Made by a program: the position numbers and the translations under genes. Below are positions 51,851-63,622 of a DNA stretch of 64,000 bases, in pieces. The stretch is from contig NC_058383.1 of NCBI RefSeq assembly GCF_018350175.1, positions 11,966,001 to 12,030,000 of the forward strand, in the 5' to 3' direction. Under the pieces are notes generated by a model. The model saw nothing but the letters and a program-made list of their open reading frames with translations, was not told the DNA's origin and made no database searches. Source of the DNA: Felis catus. Lineage: Eukaryota. Numbering within the stretch: position 1 is the stretch's first letter; each line of letters begins with the position of its first letter.

Positions 51851-52091
51851 GGGTGCCTGGGTGGCTCAGTCGGTTGAGCGTCCAACTTCGGCTTGGGTCA
51901 GGATTTCACACTCGAGGGTTCGAGCCCTGCATCGGGTTCTGTGCTGACAGCTTGGACCCCAGAGCCTGCTTTGGATTCTGTGTCTCCCTCTGTCTCTCTG
52001 CCCCTCTCTGGGTTCTGTGCATGCTCTCTCTCTCTCTCTCTCTCCCTCTCAAAAATAAATAGACATTAAGAAAAAATAAAATAAAAAAAAA
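51851..52091 (+). mobile_element. CanSINE
   Basis: TSD gaaaat(a/g)ataatgtccc at 51834-51850 and 52092-52108. Confidence 0.95.
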
Positions 52092-52438
52092 GAAAATGAT
52101 AATGTCCCATTTTCAGCATTGCGGTGACAAATACGAGAGTCAGAAAGAGAAAAGAAAACGGACCCATGGCGGGTGCTCATTAAAGAGTAATGACTATCGA
52201 TAAGTGGGAAACTGAACTTATTTTAAGCAAGATTCCCATCCTAGGGAGGGAAGAGATTTTCTTTGGGAAAATACTGGAGGGTCTTTTGGATGTCCCGTGT
52301 CCTGCCACCTGCCTTCTTTAATCCCCACCCTGACCCCCATCACATAGTCCACTCGGCCCCAATGGCTTGGAGCACAAACATGCAAAACTAAACTTCTCGG
52401 CCCAATGAGGAAGGAAGGATTTAAAGTCTTCCAGAAGA

Positions 52439-52675
52439 GGGGCGCCTGGGTGGCGCAGTCGGTTAAGTGTCCGACTTCAGCCAGGTCACAATCTTGCGGT
52501 CCGTGAGTTCGAGCCCCGCGTCAGGCTCTGGGCTGATGGCTCAGAGCCTGGAGCCTGTTTCCGATTCTGTGTCTTCCTCTCTCTCTGCCCCTCCCCCGTT
52601 CATGCTCTGTCTCTCTCTGTCCCAAAAAATAAATAAACGTTGAAAAAAAAAAGTTTAAAATAAAAAAAAAATAAA
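52439..52675 (+). mobile_element. Young-type felid CanSINE
   Basis: Perfect 17-bp TSD taaagtcttccagaaga at 52422-52438 and 52676-52692; same diagnostic variants as the 34177 copy. Confidence 0.97.
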
Positions 52676-52694
52676 TAAAGTCTTCCAGAAGAGA

Positions 52695-53166
52695 GGAAAT
52701 GTTGCACCCTCAAAAAAATAGGTGTGGGTATGAACCCCCAATACAGATGGATGTGCCCGTATTTGGAAATGGGGTCTTTGCAGATGTAATCAAGTCAAAA
52801 TGAAGTCACGTTGGATGAAGGTGGGAACTAGTCCCATGACTCGCGTCCTGAGAAGACAAAGGAAATTGGGGGGCACAGACACACACAGAGGAAAGATGGG
52901 CATGCGAAGCCAGAGGAGGCACACAGTGGACATGTGACGACAGAGGCATTGGATTGGAGTGGCAGCCACAAGCCCAGGAGACCCCAAAGAAGGACGGCCA
53001 CCGCCGAAGCTAGACAGAGGCAAGGAGGGATTCTCCCCTGCAGGTTTTAGAGGGAACATGGCCCTGCGAACAGCTTGATCTCGGACATGCACAGACAATA
53101 GATTTCTGTTGTTTAAGCCACCCAGTTCGTGGCACTTTGTTCCAACATCCCTGAGAGGCAAACATA
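52695..53166 (+). mobile_element. MLT1B/C-like MaLR LTR
   Basis: atttggaaatggggtctttgcagatgtaat ... atttctgttgtttaagccacccagtt. Confidence 0.82.
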
Positions 53167-54588
53167 GGAAAAGAAGGCAGGAAGACAGGAAATGTTCTGC
53201 CCAGACGGGGGCACTCATGGCTGGGGAACCAGGAGGGCTGCTGGCCTATGGGCAGTCCCTGCTGGTGGGGAGGGCCTGGGAAGTTTTTTTACTGCCACCA
53301 CCCTGAGATGGGAGCAGGGACAGGACATCAGAACAAGAGGGGCCACAAGACACAGACATGCAGCCCCTCCGGAACCCCAGAGCTTTTGCAGGTGGGGTGT
53401 TTTGCATTTTCCTACTAGAGGGCAAGGTGACACATTGGCACCAGAAGACCCGGGGACCCTGCCAGATGATGTTTAGCGTGAGCTACATTCTTATTAATGT
53501 CGTGGCCTGAAGACAAACCCAAAGCAGGGGTCCAAACCACAGGGCTCAGGGCAATGTGTGGAGCAACGGTTCAGTTTGGCAAAGTCACCAAAGTCACCAT
53601 GCCTGCTGCCCCTTGCTGGCTGAAAAAGCCGCAGTGCTCCCGGCTTTAGCCTGGTGGGGCCAGCCCTGCCCCTGTCCCGTCCCCACCAGCCTTTTCTCCC
53701 CCTGGAGCGTGCCCCTGCTCACAAGGCGGCGCCCGCCTCTGGGAGCCCTTCTTGGAAATCCTCCTGCTCTGCTCCAGCGCCCCTGCCTGACCTTGGCCTT
53801 GCAGGGAGAACAGTGAGATCAAAGGAATCAGAGCACTCCTTTCCGCACACTTCAATCAGGGAGAGAAGCAATTAAAATGTGAATTAATCTAAGTGAGATG
53901 AAAATGCAGTTGTAGAACAAGAACATCTCTATCACCTTGAACCTGCACTGAGCACAGTTTAGCTCCTGTGATTAAAGACATTTTCATGCCATTAAAAACC
54001 CTCTCCTTTAATGTGGCAAACACTATGTCAGTCAAACCTCCCCGCAGCCTCGGCGGGGACTGCCCTCTCCTCATTTCTGTCCTTTGATCTTTCCAGAGTA
54101 CCGGGGGGGCCCTGGGGGGGGGTGGGGGGCTCTTAAGAGGGGACGTGGAGGGCTTGGGAGATGACAGGAGTACAGGATCCTGAGCCACATAGAAAGAGCC
54201 ATCGCCTGTGTCCCCTCTCACATAGGTCCCTGCTAGGTCTTGGACTGTGTTGTGCAGCCTGAGTCCTGGCTGTCTGGTGGCATTGGGAGGACAGAGCCAC
54301 GTTCCCGGCTCTCCACCATCCCTTCGGACCTTCTGATTTCCCAGTGATTTCTTTGAAACGAGTGATATCTATAGTATTTACTTCCAGACTTTTTCTTCTG
54401 CTTCTCTATCGTCTTAAGGATCCCCTGCTGTCTCCCTGCCTGGAGGAACAAGGCTGAGACCCCAGAGGAAGGGAGCCACCTGAGGGGGCAACTGGCCCTT
54501 CGGGCCATTGGATGCTCCGAGCCGGCCATTCACGCCGTGGTCTCGGGTTTGCTTCCTTCTGTTCGTTCAGAGCTTTAGTTCCCCCCGG

Positions 54589-54631
54589 GGAAGAGCATGC
54601 GACTCTTGATCTCAGGGTCACGGGTTCGAGC
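54589..54631 (+). mobile_element. Isolated internal fragment of a short tRNA-Lys-derived SINE
   Basis: ggaagagcatgcgactcttgatctcagggtcacgggttcgagc closely matches 55684-55726. Confidence 0.75.
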
Positions 54632-54812
54632 ACAATCCTGGCTCTTTTCTCCAGGTCAGCGGCTGGCTTGGAAGGAGCTGGCATTCTAGAAACAGCGCGT
54701 GAAAGGTGCTAGCATCGCTGCAGTTGAGAACTTGCTTATCGTTCGTCAACAAAAGCCACACCCAACGCCCATGGAGTCCTTGCAACGCGAGACCCTGGCC
54801 CCCGCACCCGAA

Positions 54813-54816
<4 letters not shown>

Positions 54817-54845
<29 letters not shown>
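54817..54845. repeat. (TG)n microsatellite
   Basis: Direct observation. Confidence 0.96.
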
Positions 54846-54846
<1 letters not shown>

Positions 54847-55335
54847 ACGCGTGCTATCCGAAAGTGAGGAGTGAGCTGGATTGGGGGCCATCATCGATTT
54901 TCCATAGACAAATGCTTTACATTTTGGTAAACCCTTTGTAGCATCTCAGTCAAATTATACCGAGGCCCCTCAAGTCAGATTTATGGTCCATAGGATTCCA
55001 CTTAATGGAGACAAGCAATGCAATTTAAGGGCCATTTAAAGGGTGTTTCTTTTGGAGACAGAACCAATCCTGATCAGGGCCCTGGAGGTAACAAGAAATC
55101 TTCTTCCTCTCATGTGCTTAGAAGCAGGTGCCGTCCAGTGCATGGGGGCGGAGCAGCCCCTGGAACATTGTCAGTGGCTCAGAGTAGTAGATTTTCTGCC
55201 CCGTGTTCATTAAGGGGGAAATGATCAAAAGGAGAGGATTCAAAAGAAAGCAGGACCCACCTACGGCGTTCAGAGCCTTTCGAAGACAGGAAGAGGTGTT
55301 CATTCTGAGTGTACCAATTACTGTGAGACGCTTCT

Positions 55336-55471
55336 CCGGCCCCGGCTGCAGCCCCCGTCAGAGCACGAGACTCAGGACCCAGGCACTGGCTGGATTTCCA
55401 TCCCCACTTGGCCCCCTGGAATAGCCTTTTTGAGCAAGGCCCAACCTGTACAACCGTACACGGCAGCCCTG
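55336..55471. mobile_element. MER45A-like hAT MITE remnant
   Basis: Terminus caacctgtacaaccgtacacggcagccctg. Confidence 0.55.
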
Positions 55472-55661
55472 GGAGAAAGACATCAGGAACTTCACTTACA
55501 CATGTTACCCCCCTTAATGCTCAACACGCTCGGAGGTTTTAATCACTGTCTCCATTCCTCACATGCAGATGGCTGGGAGGGAGTAAGCGCTATGTTCATA
55601 TACAGGTAGATTCAGCTGGGGTTCTAATCCAGTACTATCTGATTCGAAATTCCAACCGCTA

Positions 55662-55767
55662 GGGGCGCCTGGCTGGCTCAGTCGGAAGAGCATGCGACGC
55701 CTGATCTCGGGGTCGTGAGTTCGAGCCCCACGTTGGGGGTAGAGATGACTTAAGTAAAATAATTTTT
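55662..55767 (+). mobile_element. Short tRNA-Lys-derived carnivore SINE
   Basis: ggggcgcctggctggctcagtcggaagagcatgcgac...tcgtgagttcgagccccacgttggg, with A and B boxes and no CT-rich body. Confidence 0.85.
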
Positions 55768-56332
55768 TTTGGAGAATTATATGTATTGTGACAGAATATT
55801 TGCTATTTACATTTTAAGTAAAATAATTTTTAAGATAAATGAATGAACGAATGGATGAATGAATGAATCAATCAATCAATCAGTCTCATCCTCTCTTCTG
55901 ATTCACCATGAAATGTGAGTCCAACTGGAGGGCTTGGGCAATCTCTTTCCAGGGAAAAAGGAAGGGCTGGCAGGTCTGAGCCTCAAGGCATCGGAGATGT
56001 TTTTGAAAAGGGGGTGCAGATACCCTCCGGTGGCCATCCAGCTTCGGCTACGAGGCTCCGGCAGTCACAGGGAGGCTCAGCTTTGTCTGTCTACAAAGTT
56101 CTGCCTGCTGTAACCTCCCTCCCGCTGACCCAGAGGAAACAGGATTAGTGGGTGATGACTGCAGGTCCCTGCTTTCCAGGACCCGCGGCAAGGCTGGAAA
56201 GGGACAGGAGACTGGTCACTGCCCCATTCCCAGTCTCAGCTCTGCTCCCGAAAATTGCAGCCAAAGCCCTTTCCTGCCCTTCTTCCAGGGATGTGAGCAT
56301 CAGAGATGAAGCAAGTTAAATGCGGAAATAAA

Positions 56333-56548
56333 GGGGCGTCTGGGGGGCTCAGCCGGTGAAGCGTCTGACTCCCGATCTCGACTCCGGTCATGATCTCACG
56401 GGTCGTGAGTTCGAGCCCCACACTGGGCTCTGTGCTGACTGTGCAGAGCCTGCTTGGGATTCTCTGTCTCTCTGCCTTCCCCCCTGCTTGCTCTCTCCCT
56501 CTCTCTCTAAATGAATAAATAAACTTTAAAAGATTACATAAAAAAAAG
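56333..56548 (+). mobile_element. CanSINE
   Basis: Head ggggcgtctggggggctcag; A tail. Confidence 0.92.
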
Positions 56549-56582
56549 AATTGGCAAAGTAAAGAAAATATATTGAGTTTTT

Positions 56583-56801
56583 GGGGCGCCTGGGTGGCGC
56601 AGTCGGTTAAGCGTCCGACTTCAGCCAGGTCACGATCTCGCGGTCCGTGGGTTCGAGCCCCGCGTCGGGCTCTGGGCTGATGGCTCAGAGCCTGGAGCCT
56701 GTTTCCGATTCTGTGTCTCCCTCTCTCTCTGCTCCTCCCCTGTTCATGCTCTGTCTCTCTCTGTCCCAAAAATAAATTAAAAAAAAAAAGTTGAAAAAAA
56801 A
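56583..56801 (+). mobile_element. Young-type felid CanSINE
   Basis: Near-consensus, same diagnostic variants as the 34177 and 52439 copies. Confidence 0.96.
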
Positions 56802-57010
56802 TTTTTTTTATGTTTTATTTTTTATATTTGAGAGAGAGACAGAGAGGCAGAGAGAGAGAGAAGGGGGGGGGGGGTGGCAGGGAGACAGAGGTAGAATCCG
56901 AAGCAGGCTCCAGGCTCTGAGCTGTCAGCACAGAGCCCGACCCACAAACTGTGAGATCATGACCTGAGCTGAAGTCGGACGCTCAACGGACTGAGCCACC
57001 CAGGCGCCCC
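56802..57010 (-). mobile_element. CanSINE abutting the previous one tail-to-tail
   Basis: PolyT from 56802; head ...gagccacccaggcgcccc ends at 57010. Confidence 0.94.
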
Positions 57011-57100
57011 ACGACTTACTTCTTTTATAACTGGAGGCTTGTACCTTTTGACCCCCTGCACCCATCCTGCCTCCCCTCCCCCACAAAAAACCACCAGTTG
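57011..57100 (-). mobile_element. Short L1 3'UTR fragment
   Basis: cttttataactggaggcttgtaccttttgacccc resembles the L1MA/L1_Carn 3'UTR reverse complement. Confidence 0.6.
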
Positions 57101-57405
57101 GGAGACGACAGCAAAGATTAAAAGGCAAGAGCATTTCACTTGCACATACATGATAGTCACACCCTGAAACAGTTGTTTCCACGGCTTAACAAAGTAGCAA
57201 AAGTGTAAGAACACCAGGGTCCAATGTTCTTTGTGAAACAGTGTCTCCTAACAGCCATTCTTTCGTTCAAGAAAACAAAACAAAAAAACAAAAACAAAAA
57301 AACCTCCCAAAGAGACACAGGGTAAGTCCCCAAATAAGATTTGGGTTCAAATCGGAGTTGATATGTCTGCAGACTTACAAACGTTTCGTCTTTATTAGGA
57401 AAAAC

Positions 57406-57407
<2 letters not shown>

Positions 57408-57443
<36 letters not shown>
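57408..57443. repeat. (CA)n microsatellite
   Basis: Direct observation. Confidence 0.97.
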
Positions 57444-57445
<2 letters not shown>

Positions 57446-58664
57446 CAGAGGCAACCATTCACGGAAGCACCATGTTGCATCAGCAACCATCAGAGTTCCG
57501 CCAATCTTGTCTCCTGCTCGTGGCAATATTTTTAGGTCATTTTTTCCTCGATGCCTCAACTGCATCCCAGCGACGACATCCCAGCAGAGGCAACCTGACT
57601 CGTGCTTAACATCACCATCTGTTTTTGCGTTATATATATAGTTGAAAGATCAAGGGATTTGTGGGCAGCATAATCCGCTCATCAAATGCAAAGAGAGTGC
57701 AATCTTGTGTCATGCCCGCGCGGAGGAGAGGAGGACCACCACCGGCATAACCAAGGAGGCTGAAAAAGTCCTTCTTTCAATCTGGCAAAGGCAGGTTCCC
57801 CGGGCCGTGTTGAATCAAGCTGTATTCCCCGAAGTACTTGGGTCTTTTATATTAGTTTCACTAGGGTAGTTCTGGTTCATACTTGTAGCGGAGCTTGGTA
57901 AATGAGAGGCCACCTGAGAAGCAATTAAACTAAACCAGAAAATCTTTCCTGTCCATTTCATCTTGTCCTTAAATAGTTTACACATCAATTGAACTGGGAG
58001 GTGGTTTATGGTGATTACTCCAGTAGGGGTCAGCGCCTAATGAGTTGGGTACTTATCTGTGACCCCAACAAGATGACTGTAAATGAACAGATAAGAGGAC
58101 CACTGAGACTCGTTCTCGAAGCTGCCCATGGAATGAAGATAACGGGGGCTGACGGAATCAGGTAGACGGAAAGCAGAGCTGGTGAAGCTAGGTGGATTGG
58201 AACACCTTGGGTTCTCTTAGTGGGAAAAATCAGGGGCTTACCTTACCCGGGACAACTTACGAAATGCCTGTGCAACCCGCTCTTTCTCCTGGGTCCCGCC
58301 ACACTTCCTCGTCTTTTCTGGTAAACCTGCGGTTCCCGTCAAGAGATTCCACGGAGGAGGACGCCTTCACTTATCGCAGGAGACGTATCGGTTTAGTGGA
58401 ACGCACAGTGAAGTGAAGAGCACGTGCCATCACAGCAACACCCTGAAAACGGCAGGACAAAACAAAAGAAAATCTTAGGAAAAGTGCACTTGTGGAGTGA
58501 ATGATAAAATTGTAGCCACACACTGTGTGGCATAATCAAAATCCTCAATGATTTGCAGAGTCGAACCAGTCACCTCGTCCCCCCCCCCCCCCGCCATTTA
58601 CTAGCTGTATTATCTAGGTGTTCTTGGGGATTTTGTTTGTTTCGTTTTGTGTTTGTTTTTGTTT

Positions 58665-59105
58665 TTCTGTGAGCTGTAGTAAACCACCAAAAAAAATCTC
58701 AGGGCCTCGCAGCAACAGATATTTGTTTCAAGCTTAGGGGTTGAGGTTTGGCTGTGGTTCGGCCGATCTTAGCTGGGCTCGGCGGGGCTGCCTTAGATCC
58801 AATCTTGTTCCCCACACGTTCATCCCGAGACCCAGGCTGAAGGACCAACAGCTTCCGGGGGTCTATGTCTATCTATTTTGCTCACTTTGAGGGCAGATGC
58901 TCAGTAGGGCTGGTGGAAATTTGCTAACTTCTTTAACCCTCAGCGCCTTATGAAAGCGAATTGCATGGTCGAGTCCAAAGTTGGCTGGAGGCATAGACTC
59001 CCCGGACTCTAGTGGAAGGTATTTCAAAGTCCTAGGGAAAGAGGCACGGAGACAGAAATTCTCTTCTGAGAATGAAGAGTTGGGAAGGCTAATTCAACCT
59101 CCCAC
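58665..59105 (-). mobile_element. Old MaLR (MLT1H/I-like) LTR
   Basis: aaaccaccaaaa..tctcagggcc..agcaaca..atttgttt...gctgggctc pattern. Confidence 0.5.
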
Positions 59106-59474
59106 ACAAAAAAAAACCCACACAAGCAGCCAACTTCTGCCAAACTTGGCAGAAACGTCCGTCGGTGTCTCGACACAACTCGACCGATCTGCTGACTTGT
59201 GGCCACTTTGGCAAGACAGAGTGGTCTCCGGTTCTTTACCAGTGGCACCAGTGACCCCATTTACATGCCATCGGCATGCAGTAAGGCATGAGATTCTTCT
59301 CTTCTCCAACCAAACGTCACTCACTGCTCTCGCGGAGAGGAATAAGTCACTTAGCAAGCACACCGGAGTTAAAAAAAAAAAAAAAAGCTCCGTACATTAT
59401 TTGGATGGGGACTACTGGCTCCCTCCTAAGTGGTTTAATAGAAAGGGTGTCATTTGAGTTGAAAAGTTTGATTG

Positions 59475-59702
59475 AGTGATTTACTTACTAACTTAAATGT
59501 TTATTTATTTTTGAGGGAGAGAGAGAGACACAGAGCACGAGCAGGGGAGGGGCAGAGAGAGAGGGAGACACAGAATCGGAAGCAGGCTCCAGGCTCCGAG
59601 CGGTCAGCACAGAGCCCGACGTGGGGCTCGAACTCACAAACGGCGAGATCATGACCTGAGCTGAAGTCAGACGTTTAACCAGCCGAGCCACCCAAGCGCC
59701 CC
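59475..59702 (-). mobile_element. CanSINE
   Basis: Full-length; TSD-like tgaaaagttt/tgagaagttt. Confidence 0.95.
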
Positions 59703-60282
59703 TGAGAAGTTTCAACACAGAGGGGACTCCTGTGGCAGTTAACTTTCAAGGTTAATATTTTTCTTCTTCCTGGGTTGCTTGAGAGAAGCTGGAAAGTTCC
59801 ATGGCCTTGGCAGGGGACCCAGAGCCTTTCCATCTCATGCTGCGCTCACTGGTGCCCCGGCAGGGAGAAGGCACGAGGCAGGTGGACCATGGGGACGGGC
59901 TGGAGTGATGTCTCGCGCGTTCTTCCTCCCGCCCTGGGTGGTCCGCATCATCGGAGACGGGGCTCACACACCCAGACACCTCTGCTGCTGGATCTATAAC
60001 AGGACTGAGAGGCGCTGCCCGGGAGTCAGGAAAACAAGCGCATAGACGTGAGGATGGGTGGTAACTGACACTCAGTCTTGGTGTCGGGGAGGCGATAGAG
60101 TGTGTGGTGAAGACTGAGATCACGTGGAGGGCACGGGCCCATCTAGGACAGAGGCCGTTCCCTAATTAGCTCCAGCCAACCGCCAAGTGCAAGTGTGGGG
60201 CTTACGTTGGCGGATATTAGAGTTTTTCAGGAGACACCAGACATCTAGACATAATCTCCTCATTTTTGAAATGTTGACAAGG

Positions 60283-60425
60283 NNNNNNNNNNNNNNNNNN
60301 NNNNNNNNNNNNNNNNNNNNNNNNNNNNNNNNNNNNNNNNNNNNNNNNNNNNNNNNNNNNNNNNNNNNNNNNNNNNNNNNNNNNNNNNNNNNNNNNNNNN
60401 NNNNNNNNNNNNNNNNNNNNNNNNN
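60283..60425. other. Assembly gap
   Basis: N run. Confidence 1.
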
Positions 60426-60682
60426 CACCCTGTAAGTCAACAGAAGCCCTTCACAAGCCAAGGACAGCCAGGATGGCCCATCTGTGACTTCAGTGTATGA
60501 GATGACATCTGTGCCCCCATGGGAGCTGGAAACAGAAAGACACTGGGGAGGGAGTGATACAGTTGCTCCCAGCTTCTCCTGAGCCAGACCATCAGGCCAT
60601 GGCTTCCTTATTTTGTAAGAAGTGACATGAATCCCATAAATAACAAATCCATACTCAAACATAAATACACAAATGCATTTTT

Positions 60683-60880
60683 TAGATGTCTATTTATTTT
60701 GGGGATAGAGACACATGAGTGGGGGAGGAGAAGGAAGAGGGGGAGACACAGACTCGGAAGCAGGCTCCAGGCTCTGAGCTGTCAGCACAGAGCCCGAGGT
60801 GGGGCTCGAACTCACCAACTATGAGATCCTGACCTGAGCCCAAGTCGGAAGCTGAACCAACTGAGCCACCCAGGCGCCCC
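60683..60880 (-). mobile_element. CanSINE
   Basis: TSD acaaatgcattttt at 60669-60682 and 60881-60894. Confidence 0.96.
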
Positions 60881-61027
60881 ACAAATGCATTTTTAAAGCA
60901 AAGCATCCAGGATTAAGTAACTATACACTCCTTTGAATTACCCATGTTATTACTCCCAGGAATGTGGATAACGGAATTTGAAATCCGGATTTAATTTAGG
61001 ATCTGCTAACGCAATAAAAAAGAATGA

Positions 61028-61250
61028 GGGGGCCCCTGGGTGGCTCAGTCGGTTGAGCATCGGACTTCAGCTCAGGTCATGATCTCACGGCTGTGGGTTC
61101 GGGCCCCGCGTCGGGCTCTGTGCTGACAGCTCAGAGTCTGGAGCCTGCTTCGGATTCTGTGTCTCCCCCTCTCTCTCTGCCCCTCCCCCACTCATGCTCT
61201 GTCTGTCTCTGTCTCTCTAAAATAAATAAATGTTAAAATTTTTTTTTTAA
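61028..61250 (+). mobile_element. CanSINE
   Basis: Full-length head, body and tail. Confidence 0.95.
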
Positions 61251-61339
61251 ATGAGCAGGTGCTTATGGAATGTGTATTGTGAGTTAACACCATGCTAGGC
61301 ACTGCATGGACTGTAGCATAAAGGCGGCCTCTCGATGTC

Positions 61340-61700
61340 CAGAGGGGACACTGGTATTAAGAGTCACAGCTGTGGGGACAGCCAGCCATGATTCCACCTA
61401 TGTTGTCTCCTCGCAACCCGTGTGCCTTAACAAGGGCTTAATTTCCTAAACCTGCCTTTCATCATGGAAAGCTGAGTACCTCTCAGAGTTGCAGAATGAA
61501 TTTGTGATAGATTACTTAAAATCCTAAGCTCATAGCTGGTGAAATTCCCCGGGAGAACTTTTTAACACTTCTGTGCCTCAGTTTCCTCATCTATGTAAGG
61601 GGATAACAGTAGGTCCTGGCTCAGAAAAATGATATGAGGAGTAAATGAGATCATGTGTATACAGGGCTTAGAATGTAGCTCAATACTGAGTACTTACCCC
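61340..61700 (+). mobile_element. MIR fragments
   Basis: Core cttctgtgcctcagtttcctcatctatgtaagggggataacagta. Confidence 0.7.
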
Positions 61701-63370
61701 ATGTATATAAAAATAGTGGCTATTTTCTTCAATACTTATTACTATTATTATGTAGACTCATTATTAGAAAAAATCTATCAAGATTGTAATGGTCTTTCTT
61801 CTCCCAAAAAACGTATTTTTCATAAATGGAATGCTCTTTATAATCCCAGGAACTTACTGGCCCTTTGGCTCGCACCTTTCCTGTGGGCGGAAGTGGTAAC
61901 TAAATGCTTTGGTTTACAAGAGAGAAAATGAGACCCCTCTGGCCGTGTCAGTATACAGATGGAGGTGGGCACGGTATTAGCATGGGACTTGCTGCCAGCT
62001 CCAGGGGACAGAAGCCACGTGTGTGTTGTCTTCTGTCGTATCCGTAGGGTCAGACCCACGGAAGATGTTTCATGTGTCCCAACAAGCATGCACACACACG
62101 CAAGATGGATGGATTAAGCTAAGGTAGGAACAAATCTCGGGGAGGCCATTTCCTGCCTGGCCTCTACAATGACCTTCCTGCCCCTGTTTTCCTGGAGCCC
62201 AGCTCTCCGCCGGAATTGCACGAGGGCAGGACCCTTGGACACTCAGTGCATGCAGACCCTTGGGAGGAGGAGGAGAAGCTGATATGGGAAGAAGGGCAGT
62301 CAAGGAGAGAAGAAGAAAACGAGCTCCGGGGTTTTGTGATACCCTCACTTCCCAGCTTGTAAATTGCATTCTTTCGGAAGGACTGAGAGGAGAGGAGCAG
62401 GTGGGCTGGATTCTTCACGTCCTCAGCCATGTGTCTCGGAGGAAAAGGCTTAATTTACTTAGTCCTCAGTTTCCCCATTTGCAACGATAACATTTAAGTG
62501 TCTGAAAGGTACTTGGAGATCCTCGAAAGAAAGGCACTCCATAAAGGCAAATGGTTCTCATTATCCCGTGGGCTCTTCGCTCCCGGCATCCAGGCAGCTC
62601 GTGCCGTAGATGTCGCAGATGTCTGGGATGGATGTCGCCTGGGAGAGCAGTTAAGGAGAAGGATGCAGGGAGGCGACGTGGGCTGCTGGGGAACGGAGAG
62701 AGCAGGCTGGCCGTTTTCTGGTGGTTGCTTGATTGAGAGCCCCTGCCTGCTCGGAAGGGAAACCTGGCGGAGAGCTTTGTTTGATATGAACAGAGTCCCC
62801 AGAACGGTGAGTGGAGCAGGCCTACGTGGGGCTCTAGTGTGGGGGAGGGTTCAGCGGAGAAACAGAGATGCCATCTGCCACCTCCCTCCCTGGTTACCTA
62901 GTGGAGAGAGGGCTCCCCGCAGTGCATGGCTTGTTCTGGAACTTGAATCATGAGAAACAGCTGTGCTCCACCCTCCTGAGGTATCCGGTCAGCTCCTTTT
63001 CCCGGGGCCCCTAAGAACTGTATAAGCTTCCCCGCAGGGTGATGGCACAGGGCATGTCGAGCGGGCAGGGTGGGCCAGGTACTGAGTTGCTGAAGGCTCG
63101 GCCAGTCTGCCTCCAAAGAGCATGCGGGCCAGTGGACCTAAAGCGAACGCGGACAGAGAAGTGGATTCCAAACACAGGCACACGCGTGCACACGCACTCT
63201 GGCGCGTGTGTCTCCCCAAACACAAGCCCGCGGAGGCGCACAGACCGCGAGAACGCATCCGTGTGCGGAGTTGCAGAAGGTTACGTCCTCGAGAAAGGGA
63301 GAGATGTTTCAGTATGTGCTAGGTACGGTGTTATTGAGCCTAAACAAAAAGAACGTGTTGAAAGTAAACG

Positions 63371-63395
63371 TTTTTTTCAAGTTTCTGTGGTTATT

Positions 63396-63446
<51 letters not shown>

Positions 63447-63622
63447 TGGGCGTGCGAGTGGGGGAGGGGCAGAGAGCGAGGAAGACCGAGAATTCCAAGC
63501 AGGCTCCACAACAGGGCGGATCCCGATACAGGGCTCGATCTCACGAAACGTGAGATCATGGCCTGAGCCGAAATCAAGAGTCAGATGCTTAATCTACTGA
63601 ACCCCCCCCCCCCAGGTGCCCC
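63371..63622 (-). mobile_element. CanSINE with a long (GA)n tract
   Basis: Body and head ...ccaggtgcccc recognisable. Confidence 0.92.

Noticed and set aside
55662-55740. tRNA-Lys-like sequence as a functional tRNA gene
   Set aside because: Begins with the SINE GGGGCGCC leader, has an altered anticodon arm and continues into a SINE-type AT tail
56236-56769. 177-aa ORF and many similar MAQSVKR.../RGRERGRHRI... ORFs
   Set aside because: Recurrent translations of CanSINE sequence
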